From IMG/VR virus record IMGVR_UViG_2974587864_000001: a DNA stretch of 64,000 nucleotides, one strand, 5' to 3'. Made by a program: the position numbers and the translations under genes. Shown here one piece after another: positions 11,302-23,302 of this stretch (its first letter is position 1; each line of letters begins with the position of its first letter). The stretch is from a virus. Its lineage: Duplodnaviria > Heunggongvirae > Uroviricota > Caudoviricetes > Straboviridae. The notes under the pieces are model-generated. The model did no database searches. It had not been told where the DNA came from and saw only the letters and a list, made by a program, of their open reading frames with translations.

Positions 11302-11308
11302 TTTTAAC

Positions 11309-11328
11309 AAGGGGCGCAAGCCCCTTTT
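11309..11328 (+). terminator. Intrinsic terminator after wac
   Basis: AAGGGGC-GCAA-GCCCCTT then TT. Confidence 0.75.
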
Positions 11329-11337
11329 GAGGATCAT

Positions 11338-12261
11338 ATGATTACGAACAATCCAGAACAGTTAAAGGATGAAATTCTTCGTCGTCTGGGCGCACCAATC
11401 ATCAAAATCGAAATCACACAAGATCAGATTTATGACTGCATTCAACGCGCTTTAGACCTGTATGCAGAATATCATTATAACGGCACAAACAAAACGTATC
11501 TGATTTTGACACTGGGTGATGATAACCCGCGCAACGTGTTCGACTTGAGCAAAGAACACATCTTCGCGATCACGAAGGTATTGCGTACAAACATGGGTTC
11601 ATTGACCACAATGGACGGTACAGCGGTTTATCCGTGGTTTACCGATTTCTTGATGGGGTTGACTGGTGGCTCTCTGGGTGGGCGCTGTGCATCGAGTGTG
11701 TACGGTATGAACGCATACGGCGCGGATATGGGCTACTTTACCCAGATGATGTCCTATCAACGCTCAATGCAAGACCTGCTGGCTCCACTGCCTGATTACT
11801 GGTTCAACGATGATACTGGTCAGTTCTGCGCATGGGGGCAGGTGAACAAAGGTGACATTATCGTTATTGAAGCGATGGTTCGTTCCTTCGTTGATGTCCC
11901 TAGCTCCGTAGGAAGCGTCGCAGGATACGCTACAGCGGGTTCTAACGCAGTGGAAGACCAATCCATAGCCGACATCTACGAAAACCCGTATAACAGCGTT
12001 GTAGGCGGTGTACGAGCGGGACAGGGTTCAACTGTTACGGGCGGAACGTCTGCATATAATAACCGCTGGGTAAAAGACTACTCTACCGCACTGGTGAAAG
12101 AGATCAACGGACAAATTCTGGCTAAGTTCCAGGGAATGCAATTGCCTGGCGGTGTTGCTCCTGATGGTACGCGACTGATCCAGGAAGCGGAAACCAAACT
12201 GCAAAGTCTGCGCGATGAACTGATTTCGATGTCTGACGCAGTACCGATCATTATGGTGTAG
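11338..12261 (+). CDS. 13: Neck protein gp13
   Basis: LKDEILRRLGAPII, RWVKDYSTALVK and LPGGVAPDG motifs. Confidence 0.92.
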   Translation: MITNNPEQLKDEILRRLGAPIIKIEITQDQIYDCIQRALDLYAEYHYNGTNKTYLILTLGDDNPRNVFDLSKEHIFAITKVLRTNMGSLTTMDGTAVYPWFTDFLMGLTGGSLGGRCASSVYGMNAYGADMGYFTQMMSYQRSMQDLLAPLPDYWFNDDTGQFCAWGQVNKGDIIVIEAMVRSFVDVPSSVGSVAGYATAGSNAVEDQSIADIYENPYNSVVGGVRAGQGSTVTGGTSAYNNRWVKDYSTALVKEINGQILAKFQGMQLPGGVAPDGTRLIQEAETKLQSLRDELISMSDAVPIIMV

Positions 12262-12269
12262 GGGGAACA

Positions 12270-13016
12270 ATGCAAAACTGGGATGAAAGTTTATTCGCTC
12301 AGTTGTCTACGGGGGAAGGGGTTGATCGCAACTTAAAGGATCAGGTCACTAACCCGTATGTAAACTGGTACAAATACAACCCGACACAACAGCTACACGA
12401 TTCACTGACAGCAGAATCAATCCAGATGAAATCGCCTGATATGTATTACGTCCGGCGCGAATTCGTGAATATTGATAAGATCCTGGGTGAAGACCGAGAA
12501 TCCAAATTTACGAAGTCATGGAAAATTGCTGCTTATATTGAATCGTATGCCAACTATGAAGGGCAACGAGATTTCTTTAGTAAATTTGGGTTGAGTTCAA
12601 ACGATGAAATGACACTGGTAATTAACCCTCGTTTGTTCGCACATCAAACTGATGGTGGTATTCCTGTTCTGGGGGATTTGGTTTATTTCCCGATGGACAA
12701 TAGCTTGTTTGAAATTACGTGGGTAGAAGCCGATCCGTTCTATCAGTTCGGTGACCGTCCTCAACGCAAAATCAACCTGGCGAAATTCATCTACACAGGT
12801 GAAGAACTGGCTCCCGAATTGCAGCGAAATGAAGGAATCCATATCGAACCTGATGCAGAACTGGATCTCGAACCGATTCGAAATCTTGACGGGCTGGCTG
12901 ATATTAACATTGAACAGTACGAAGAAGACAAAGAATTTGAAAGAGAAGGTGATGAATTCATCGAATCTTTTGATGTTGTCAACGGACGCGGTTCACCGTT
13001 TGCAAGTCTGCCATAA
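12270..13016 (+). CDS. 14: Neck protein gp14
   Basis: NPYVNWY, GDLVYFPMDNSLFEITWVE and PFYQFG motifs. Confidence 0.92.
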   Translation: MQNWDESLFAQLSTGEGVDRNLKDQVTNPYVNWYKYNPTQQLHDSLTAESIQMKSPDMYYVRREFVNIDKILGEDRESKFTKSWKIAAYIESYANYEGQRDFFSKFGLSSNDEMTLVINPRLFAHQTDGGIPVLGDLVYFPMDNSLFEITWVEADPFYQFGDRPQRKINLAKFIYTGEELAPELQRNEGIHIEPDAELDLEPIRNLDGLADINIEQYEEDKEFEREGDEFIESFDVVNGRGSPFASLP

Positions 13017-13063
13017 ATACGTTATATGGGTATAGGCGAAAGTCTATACCCTCTTCGAAGAGG
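13012..13063 (+). promoter_or_regulatory. Late-type promoter CATAAATA plus two overlapping hairpins over the endonuclease RBS
   Basis: CATAAATA 13012-13019; 10-bp stem with GAAA loop 13028-13051; CCTCT-TCGA-AGAGG 13050-13063 covers the SD GAGG. Confidence 0.6.
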
Positions 13064-13073
13064 ATTTTATGAT

Positions 13074-13799
13074 ATGGTTGCAAAAATCTCTATAGAACAA
13101 AGAGAACATCAATTAAAAGAACGTTGTGCGGAATTAGAACTATCTTTTGATGGATGGGTAGACCAATCAGCGATCACAAAATATTCAAAGTTTTATGTTG
13201 TTTGCAGTAAAGGACATAGAACAGAAAAACAGATCAAACCATTTGTCAACAAAAGTCGTCCAAACGGATGTTATTTGTGTTCCCCTAAGATGAAAATATC
13301 AAAGGAAAACAGAATCAAGGAAATCAAAACTCTTACAGATTCAATTGGATATACATTCATAGATTTCGTTGGGGTGTATAAAGATGCACACACAAAAATA
13401 TCAATGGTTTGCGATAAAGGCCATAATTGGGATGTAAGTATAGTTGCTTTTCTCAATCAAGGTCATCGCTGTAAAAAATGCGCAACGTCTGGGTTCAATC
13501 CGAACAAACCAGCATACGTATACGTACAATCACTATCTGGAAAATTTCTGAAATTTGGGATAACCAACAGAACACCAAAGAAAAGAATGTGTGCGCAATC
13601 AAATAAATCCGTTTATAAACACGAACTGGTTTATCAAAAATTATTCGATAAAGGTATTGATGCAATGAGTATTGAACAGAAGATCAAACAATCTCTTGTT
13701 TGTGGCGTAGTTGATAAATCAGATATGATGGATGGATATACAGAAACAACAGATATATCCAATTACGATAAACTGTTGAATATTATAGAAGGAGTATAA
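13074..13799 (+). mobile_element. Putative free-standing homing endonuclease (two Zn-ribbon repeats plus a C-terminal GIY-YIG/T5orf172-like domain)
   Basis: C-x2-GH...C-x2-C twice; AYVY...KFGIT...KR...E...GYTET; AT-rich; interrupts T4 gp14-gp15 adjacency; start placed at ATG 13074 from SD GAGGA. Confidence 0.65.
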
Positions 13800-13801
13800 A
13801 A

Positions 13802-14619
13802 TTGTTTGGATACTGGTATAATAGTTCGCTGCGTAACTACATTGTTCTTATGGGACAATTGTTTAACCATGTTCAGGTTAAAAGAGTACGCGGCGATCAA
13901 GAAAAATACATCAAGGTTCCGATCACCTATGCATCGAAAGAGAAGTTTCTCGCTTCCATGAACAAACTTAACTACACGTTGAGTCAGGAAAACGTTGCTA
14001 AAACGGAAACGATTTTACCGCGCATGAACTTATCACTGGTGGATCTGCAATATAACGCAATCCGTAAAACCAGTATCGCGGTCAACCAAAAAATGACACA
14101 GTTAGCAACCCCACGAAAAACGATCACACAGTTTAACCCTGTGCCATATCGTCTGATTTTCGAACTGGGTGTTTACACGCGATATGAAGATGATATGTTC
14201 CAAATCGCAGAACAGATTTTGCCATATTTTCAACCGCATTTCAACTGTAAGATTACCGAACTGCATAAGAACGATATCACAGTTGACCGAGACATCAAAA
14301 TCAGTCTCCAATCGGTTGCGCCGGATACCACATTCGAGGGCGATGCAAATCAACGCCGTCATGTTGAGTGGTCATTTATGTTTGAATTACAGGGTTATCT
14401 GTACCCGCCTGTAACTGATGTTAAAGGCGAAATCAGAACCGTTTACACGGATTTCTTCGCTAACATGAACCCGTTAGATAAAGATAACTTTGAATCCGTG
14501 GATAGTCAAGCCGATCCGGTAGATTTGCCTATGCAGGACTACACGGGCGAAGAATATATTCAGACGTACTCGCACGATAAGCCGATCCCGTCTGGTGATG
14601 AACCTCCTAAGCCGAGGGA

Positions 14620-14623
<4 letters not shown>
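13802..14623 (+). CDS. 15: Tail sheath stabiliser/terminator gp15 (TTG start)
   Basis: FGYWYNSSLRNY, KVPITYASKEKF, ILPRM and EQILPYFQP motifs. Confidence 0.92.
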
Positions 14624-16969
<2,346 letters not shown>

Positions 16970-16984
16970 AGAGGAAATTCTATA

Positions 16985-18994
16985 ATGGCTTTACAATCTC
17001 CAGGTATTGAAACCAAAGAAACATCGGTACAATCTACCGTTGTTCGAAATTCAACTGGTCGCGCTGCCATTGTCGGTAAATTTTCATGGGGGCCAGCTTA
17101 TCAGATCCGTCAGATTTCTAACGAAGTCGAAATGGTAAACTATTTTGGTTCCCCAGACAACTTGACCGCTGACTATTTCATGAGTGCTGTTAACTTCTTG
17201 CAGTACGGTAATGATCTCCGTGTGGTTCGCGTTGTCGATAAAGATGCCGCTAAAAACGCAAGCGCAATTTTCAACCAGATCAAAACAACTATCGCATCAC
17301 AGGGTTCTAACTACACTGTAAACGATGTGATTAAAGTAAAATACAACAACGTTGTTGTAGAAGAAAACGGTAAAGTGTCCAAAGTTGACAGTAACGGCAA
17401 GATCCTCGCGGTAATCATCCCAAGCGAAAAAATCGTTGCCCGTGCTAAACAGATTGGTACTTACCCAGATATTTCTACTGGCTGGACTACCGAAATTGTT
17501 TCTCAGTCTTCCGGTGTTTCCGCGTCTATTACGATTGACGGCATCGAAAGCGATTCAGGGATCACTCTGTTGAACCTGGATATTGCAAAAGAAACAATTC
17601 AGGGAACCGCATTCCAGACTCTTACCCAGAAATATCAGATCCCGTCTGTCGTGGCTCTGTATCCTGGTGAACTGGGTTCAACTGTTCAGGTGGAGATTAT
17701 CTCCAAAGCTGCTTACGATTCTGGCGCTATGATTTCAGGCTACCCTTCTGGGGTTTCCGTTAAGAACAGCGGTCGTTCTGTAATGACCTACGGGCCACAG
17801 ACCGATAACCAGTACGCTTTTGTTGTGCGTCGTGGTGGTATTGTACAGGAATCCTTCATCGTGTCAACTGAGAAGACCGATAAAGATATCTACGGCGTAA
17901 ACATCTTCATGGATGACTTTTTCGCTAACGGTGGCTCTCAGTACGTTTACGGTACTTCCCTGAACTGGCCTAAAGGCTTCTCCGGTATCCTTGAGTTCGG
18001 CGGTGGTTTGTCCTCAAACGACACTGTAGGCGCTGATGAACTGATGACTGGTTGGGATATGTTCGCTGATCGTGAAGCGCTGCATGTACCTCTGCTGATT
18101 GCTGGTGCGTGTGCTGGTGAAACTGTAGAGATCATGTCTACCGTCCAGAAACACGTTATCTCTATCGGTGATGAACGTCAGGATTGTACTGTGTTTGTGT
18201 CGCCTCCGCGCTCTCTGATGGTGAATATTCCACTGGCAACAGCGGTTGATAACATCATTGAATGGCGTACTGGATATAAACTCAGTGGTGGTACTCCGGT
18301 TGACAATAACCTGAACGTAAGTTCAAGCTATGGCTTCCTGGATGGTAACTATAAATATCAGTATGATAAATACAATGACGTGAACCGTTGGGTTCCGCTG
18401 GCAGGTGATATCGCTGGCCTGTGTGTTTACACTGATAGCGTTGCTCAACCGTGGATGTCTCCAGCAGGTTACAACCGTGGTCAGATCCGCAACTGTATCA
18501 AACTGGCTATCGAACCGCGCACAGCACATCGTGACGCAATGTATCAGGTTCAGATTAACCCGGTAACTGGTTTCGCGGGTGGTTCCGGCTTCGTTCTGTT
18601 CGGTGATAAAACACTGACTAACGTACCGAGTCCATTTGACCGTATCAACGTTCGTCGCTTGTTCAACATGATCAAGAAAGACATCGGTGATAACGCGAAA
18701 TACAAACTGTTTGAAAACAACGACGATTTCACCCGTTCTTCGTTCCGTATGGATACTGGTCAGTACATGACTAATATTCGTGCGCTGGGTGGCTGCTACG
18801 ATTACCGTGTAATCTGTGACACCACGAACAACACGCCGGATGTAATCGACCGTAACGAGTTTGTAGCAACGATCTACGTGAAACCGCCTCGTTCTATCAA
18901 CTACATCACTCTGAACTTCGTAGCAACGTCTACAGGCGCAGATTTCGATGAACTGGTAGGGCCTAACGTCAAAGGGGCTGAAAAGCCCCTATAA
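16985..18994 (+). CDS. 18: Tail sheath gp18
   Basis: LQSPGIETKE, FLQYGNDLRVVRV, WMSPAGYNRG and FDRINVRRLF motifs. Confidence 0.96.
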   Translation: MALQSPGIETKETSVQSTVVRNSTGRAAIVGKFSWGPAYQIRQISNEVEMVNYFGSPDNLTADYFMSAVNFLQYGNDLRVVRVVDKDAAKNASAIFNQIKTTIASQGSNYTVNDVIKVKYNNVVVEENGKVSKVDSNGKILAVIIPSEKIVARAKQIGTYPDISTGWTTEIVSQSSGVSASITIDGIESDSGITLLNLDIAKETIQGTAFQTLTQKYQIPSVVALYPGELGSTVQVEIISKAAYDSGAMISGYPSGVSVKNSGRSVMTYGPQTDNQYAFVVRRGGIVQESFIVSTEKTDKDIYGVNIFMDDFFANGGSQYVYGTSLNWPKGFSGILEFGGGLSSNDTVGADELMTGWDMFADREALHVPLLIAGACAGETVEIMSTVQKHVISIGDERQDCTVFVSPPRSLMVNIPLATAVDNIIEWRTGYKLSGGTPVDNNLNVSSSYGFLDGNYKYQYDKYNDVNRWVPLAGDIAGLCVYTDSVAQPWMSPAGYNRGQIRNCIKLAIEPRTAHRDAMYQVQINPVTGFAGGSGFVLFGDKTLTNVPSPFDRINVRRLFNMIKKDIGDNAKYKLFENNDDFTRSSFRMDTGQYMTNIRALGGCYDYRVICDTTNNTPDVIDRNEFVATIYVKPPRSINYITLNFVATSTGADFDELVGPNVKGAEKPL

Positions 18995-18997
18995 ATA
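18973..18997 (+). promoter_or_regulatory. Hairpin plus late promoter TATAAATA for gp19
   Basis: AGGGGCT-GAAA-AGCCCCT 18973-18990; TATAAATA 18990-18997. Confidence 0.75.
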
Positions 18998-19012
18998 AAT
19001 CCGAGGTTAAAA

Positions 19013-19498
19013 ATGCTTACTGACATTTTACGCGCCTTTGAATCCGGTGATTTCGCACGTCCGAACTTGTTCGAAGTAGAGATCCCGTATCTGGGCAAAA
19101 ACTTTAAATTCAAATGTAAAGCGGCAACCATGCCAGCGGCTACAGTTGAAAAAGTTCCCGTAGGATACCAAAACCGCAAAATCAACGTTGCTGGTGACCG
19201 TACCTATGATGACTGGACAATCACAATCTATAACGATGACGCGCATAATACGCGTGATGCCCTGGTAGCATGGTCAAACATGATGCACGGAATGGGCGAT
19301 CAGATTAGTGGTGATATTCCAGCGAACTACAAAAAAACCGCTACGGTGAAACAGAAAAACCGTAACGATGAAATTACCGCCGAACATACCATCCACGGTC
19401 TTTTCCCTACTAACGTAGGCGAAGTTACCCTGGACTGGGACAGCAACAACGAAGTGTCAACCTTTGAGGTTACTTTCGCGCTGGACTGGTGGGAATAA
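19013..19498 (+). CDS. 19: Tail tube gp19
   Basis: GDFARPNLFEVEIP, AGDRTYDDWTITIYND and FALDWWE motifs. Confidence 0.96.
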   Translation: MLTDILRAFESGDFARPNLFEVEIPYLGKNFKFKCKAATMPAATVEKVPVGYQNRKINVAGDRTYDDWTITIYNDDAHNTRDALVAWSNMMHGMGDQISGDIPANYKKTATVKQKNRNDEITAEHTIHGLFPTNVGEVTLDWDSNNEVSTFEVTFALDWWE

Positions 19499-19502
19499 AG
19501 GC

Positions 19503-19529
19503 TATAAATACAGGGGTAGCAATACCCCT
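19503..19529 (+). promoter_or_regulatory. Late promoter TATAAATA plus GCAA-loop hairpin before gp20
   Basis: TATAAATA 19503-19510; AGGGGTA-GCAA-TACCCCT 19512-19529. Confidence 0.75.
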
Positions 19530-19551
19530 ATCATTATTTTTCGGAGTTACT

Positions 19552-21126
19552 ATGAACTTTTTGGGCTTTGGCAATGTACTTAGCTTTTTCAAGAATTTCG
19601 CCCGTGAGGATGAAATTGAACTTGAACAGCAATTAAAAAATGATGCAGGTTCGATCGCGCCTCCTAAAAATAATGATGGTGCTTATGAAATCGAAACTGA
19701 TCTGACTAATCAGAAATACGCAAGCGTATTCCAGCAGTTTTATTCTGGACAAGATCCGGCGATTCAGAACAAAGAACAATTAATCAATACATATCGCGGC
19801 ATCATGTCTTACCCAGAAGTAGAAAACGCTGTTTCTGAAATTATTGACGATGCGATCGTGAATGAACAGGGTAAAGATATCATTACTTTGGATCTTGCCA
19901 AAACAGATTTTAGTAAGGCGATTCAGGACAAAATCGTAGAAGAATTTGATAACGTTCTAAATATCTATGATTTTGATAACATGGGTGCGCGTCTGTTCCG
20001 TGATTGGTATGTGGATTCCCGTATCTACTTCCATAAAATCATGCATAAAGACGAAAGCAAAGGTATCCGCGAACTGCGTCAACTTGATCCGCGTTCGATG
20101 GAACTGATCCGCGAATCTATCACTGAAACCCTCGATGGTGGCGTGAAAGTATTCCGTGGTTATCGCGAATTTTTCGTGTATAGCGCTCCTAAAAATGGCT
20201 ATACATACAACGGGCAGATCTACCAGCATAACCAGAAGGTTAAAATCCCGCGCTCCGCTATCGTGTATGCGCATTCTGGCCTGGAAGATTGCAGTAACAA
20301 CATTATCGGATATCTGCACCGCGCAGTCAAGCCAGCAAACCAATTGCGTTTACTGGAAGATGCGATGGTCATCTACCGTATCACCCGCGCACCTGAACGC
20401 CGTGTGTTCTACATCGATGTAGGTCAGATGGGTGGCAACAAAGCGACACAGTACGTAAATAACATTGCACAGGGGCTTAAAAACCGCGTTGTGTACGATG
20501 CTAAAACTGGTACTGTTAAGAACCAGCAAAACAACCTGTCAATGACAGAAGATTACTGGTTAATGCGTCGTGACGGTAAAGCTATCACCGAAGTAGACAC
20601 GCTTCCAGGCGGTGCTAACTTCTCTGATATGGATGATATCAAATGGTTTAACCGTAAGCTCTATGAAGCACTGCGTGTGCCATTAAGCCGTATGCCTCGC
20701 GATGATGGGGGTATGCAAATTGGTGGTGGTGGCGAAATCACCCGTGATGAACTGAAATTCAGTAAGTTTATCCGCACACTGCAAATTCAGTTCAGCCCTG
20801 TGCTTTCCGATCCGTTAAAAACTAACCTGATCGCGAAAAAAATCATCACAGAGGAAGAATGGGAAGAAAACGTTAGCAAAATTTCCTTCATTTTCCAGCA
20901 AGATTCATATTACGCGGAAGTGAAAGATATTGAGATTATGGAACGTCGCCTAACGTTGATGTCACAGGTTGAAGGTGTAGTTGGGAAATATGTCTCCCAT
21001 AAATACATCATGAAAGAGATTCTTCGAATGTCTGATGAAGACATTGACGAACAAGCGAAGCTGATCGAAGAAGAATCCAAAGAAGAACGGTTCAAAAATC
21101 CCGAAGAGGAAGAGGAAAACTTTTGA
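19552..21126 (+). CDS. 20: Portal protein gp20
   Basis: WYVDSRIYFHK, YRITRAPERRVFYID and EITRDELKFSKF motifs; start moved to ATG 19552 (SD GGAG), giving 524 aa. Confidence 0.96.
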   Translation: MNFLGFGNVLSFFKNFAREDEIELEQQLKNDAGSIAPPKNNDGAYEIETDLTNQKYASVFQQFYSGQDPAIQNKEQLINTYRGIMSYPEVENAVSEIIDDAIVNEQGKDIITLDLAKTDFSKAIQDKIVEEFDNVLNIYDFDNMGARLFRDWYVDSRIYFHKIMHKDESKGIRELRQLDPRSMELIRESITETLDGGVKVFRGYREFFVYSAPKNGYTYNGQIYQHNQKVKIPRSAIVYAHSGLEDCSNNIIGYLHRAVKPANQLRLLEDAMVIYRITRAPERRVFYIDVGQMGGNKATQYVNNIAQGLKNRVVYDAKTGTVKNQQNNLSMTEDYWLMRRDGKAITEVDTLPGGANFSDMDDIKWFNRKLYEALRVPLSRMPRDDGGMQIGGGGEITRDELKFSKFIRTLQIQFSPVLSDPLKTNLIAKKIITEEEWEENVSKISFIFQQDSYYAEVKDIEIMERRLTLMSQVEGVVGKYVSHKYIMKEILRMSDEDIDEQAKLIEEESKEERFKNPEEEEENF

Positions 21127-21380
21127 TGAAAGAATTTATCGAAGCAATCAAAAGCGGTGATCTGGTGGAAGCGAAGAAGCAATTCTATTCCATCATGGAA
21201 GACCGTACCGAAGCCCTTCGCCAAGAAATGCGCGTTGAACTCGCGGAAGCTGTACGCATCGAAGGTGAAACCGACGATGACGACAACGATGACGATGACG
21301 ACGACAAAGGCGGCGATGATAAAGGCGACGACAAAGACAAAAAGCCGTCTGATAAAAAAGACGACGATAAAGACGAATAA
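21126..21380 (+). CDS. 67: Prohead core protein gp67
   Basis: FIEAIKSGDLVEAKKQF with an acidic D/K-rich tail; synteny. Confidence 0.88.
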   Translation: MKEFIEAIKSGDLVEAKKQFYSIMEDRTEALRQEMRVELAEAVRIEGETDDDDNDDDDDDKGGDDKGDDKDKKPSDKKDDDKDE

Positions 21381-21392
21381 GAGGTGTAAATA

Positions 21393-21800
21393 ATGCAACT
21401 CGAACTCGAAGAAATCAGCGTCGAAGATCTCGAACCCCATTTAACCGAAGCGAAAGCCCGTGTTGATGTTCTGGGGATCGATGACGGCACTGTGAAGATC
21501 ATCGAAAATTTGGCGGTCAATGAACCTCATTTAGCCCTGGCTATGATGTCCATTGTCGAGGGTTTGAGTTTAGATGAAGTCATTGTTAAACACGTAGATT
21601 CGCGCGGTAATGTGGAACGTAAAAAAGACCGTAAAACCCGTGAACGTAATGCGTATCAAACAACTGGTTTAACTAAATCTCAACGTCGCCAAATTGCGCG
21701 TCGTGCGCTAAAAACAAAACGTGCAAACCCTTCTATTACAACCCGCGCACAGCGTAAGCGTAAAAAAGCGCTCCGTAAACGCGCCGCATTAGGGCTATAA
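21393..21800 (+). CDS. 68: Prohead core protein gp68
   Basis: VKHVDSRG and RRQIARRALKTKRANP basic C-terminus. Confidence 0.9.
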   Translation: MQLELEEISVEDLEPHLTEAKARVDVLGIDDGTVKIIENLAVNEPHLALAMMSIVEGLSLDEVIVKHVDSRGNVERKKDRKTRERNAYQTTGLTKSQRRQIARRALKTKRANPSITTRAQRKRKKALRKRAALGL

Positions 21801-21802
21801 AT

Positions 21803-22462
21803 ATGAATGAATCCCAACTCAATGAAAACGGCGATATGCTGCTAATCGAGGAATGGGGTTTACCTTGTGCGGATATTTCCGATTCAATTTTAGAATCGGT
21901 CGGTGAGTCGAAAAAAGACGGTAAACTTCGGATTGAAGGTATTTTCCTCCAGGCCGAAAAAGTTAACCGCAATAAGCGACTGTATCCGAAAAAAGTATTA
22001 GAAGAAGCAGTAAACGATTATATCAGAACTCAGGTTAATACCCGTCAAGCTCTGGGTGAAATGAATCACCCGCCGCGACCGAATGTCGATCCGCGTAATG
22101 CTTGCATCCTAATTGAAAAATTATGGTGGAAAGGTAATGACGTTTGGGGTCGCGCTGTTGTTGTCGAAGGTGATAACGGTGATGGGGATAAACTCGCGGC
22201 GTTAATTCGCGCAGGTTGGGTTCCAGGTGTTTCTTCTCGCGGACTGGGTAAACTTTCCGATTCTGGAAAAGGTTACGGTATCGTACAAGAAGGGTTTAAA
22301 TTGGCGGTAGGCGTTGATGTTGTTTGGGGGCCAAGCGCTCCAGATGCTTACGTTAAGCCGATTACCGAATCTCAGTCAAGCAAAACGCTTGTTGAGAATA
22401 ATAGTGCTGATGATGACGCTTTCAGAAAAATCTCTGAACGTTTGAAAAGTCTATATAAATAA
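21803..22462 (+). CDS. 21: Prohead protease gp21
   Basis: LRIEGIFLQAE, NRNKRLYP, ALGEMNHP and GVSSRGLG motifs; TATAAATA at 21796-21803. Confidence 0.95.
   Translation: MNESQLNENGDMLLIEEWGLPCADISDSILESVGESKKDGKLRIEGIFLQAEKVNRNKRLYPKKVLEEAVNDYIRTQVNTRQALGEMNHPPRPNVDPRNACILIEKLWWKGNDVWGRAVVVEGDNGDGDKLAALIRAGWVPGVSSRGLGKLSDSGKGYGIVQEGFKLAVGVDVVWGPSAPDAYVKPITESQSSKTLVENNSADDDAFRKISERLKSLYK
22454..22461 (+). promoter_or_regulatory. Late promoter TATAAATA for gp22
   Basis: Exact consensus match. Confidence 0.75.
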
Positions 22463-22488
22463 TATCATATCAAACAGGAAACTTAGAA

Positions 22489-23283
22489 ATGCTTAAAGAA
22501 CAACTGTTGGCAGAAGCCCAGAACCTGGATACCCCAGTTGAGTTAGACAGCATTTTCGAATCAGTTGAACTTTCTGATGATGCGAAAGCAAACTTCACCA
22601 CTGTATTCGAACAAGCTGTAAAAGCAGGTGCTGCGAAACTCGCTGAAACCCACATCGCCCAGATCGCGGAACGCTCCGATGAACTGGTTGAAGCCCAGGT
22701 TGCCGAAAAAGCTGGCGAAATCGAAAATAAACTGTACGAAGATGCGAATAAATACTTCGACCACATCGCGCAGGAATGGCTCTCCGAAAACAAAGAAGCT
22801 GTGTCCCGTGATATCAAGGCCGATCTGTTCGAATCTCTGGTAATGGGAATGAAAGAACTGTTCGTTGAACACAACGTAGTTATCCCAGAAGCGCAGGTTG
22901 ATGTTGTTGCAGAACTCGAAGATGAACTGACCGAGAATCAGCAGGAAGTTAAACGCCTGTTCGAAGCTAATCAGGCTCAGGCTAAAGAGATCGCCAACAT
23001 GAAACGCGATACCATCGTTTCAGAAAAAACAAAAGATCTGACTGAATCGCAAATTGAAAAGGTTCAGAACCTGATCGAAGGTTTGGAATATTCCGACAAG
23101 TTCGAATCCAAACTGACCGCAATCGTTGAAATGGTAGCGACTAAAGCGGAAAAACAGGTTGAAGAGAGTACCACTACTCAGACAACCACTAAAGATGACT
23201 TTGTTCCGGTGAATGAAAATACACCTCCAGCAGAGAAATCGAAGATCAATAAATATGTACAAGCGGCTAAAGCCCTTTCCTAA
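22489..23283 (+). CDS. 22: Prohead scaffold gp22
   Basis: MLKEQLLAEAQ start, acidic coiled coil, MKELFVEHNV motif. Confidence 0.93.
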   Translation: MLKEQLLAEAQNLDTPVELDSIFESVELSDDAKANFTTVFEQAVKAGAAKLAETHIAQIAERSDELVEAQVAEKAGEIENKLYEDANKYFDHIAQEWLSENKEAVSRDIKADLFESLVMGMKELFVEHNVVIPEAQVDVVAELEDELTENQQEVKRLFEANQAQAKEIANMKRDTIVSEKTKDLTESQIEKVQNLIEGLEYSDKFESKLTAIVEMVATKAEKQVEESTTTQTTTKDDFVPVNENTPPAEKSKINKYVQAAKALS

Positions 23284-23302
23284 TCTTATAAGGTAAGAAA
23301 CA

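Noticed and set aside
19489-19551. Longer starts given by the track for gp20 and likewise 13026, 25590, 29981, 33334, 49569, 50927, 51855
   Set aside because: Extensions cross promoters or terminators and lack an SD; downstream ATGs have an SD and match family N-termini
21270-21378. GAC/GAT-rich tandem-like repeats
   Set aside because: Encodes the acidic tail that is normal for gp67; no spacers, not an array
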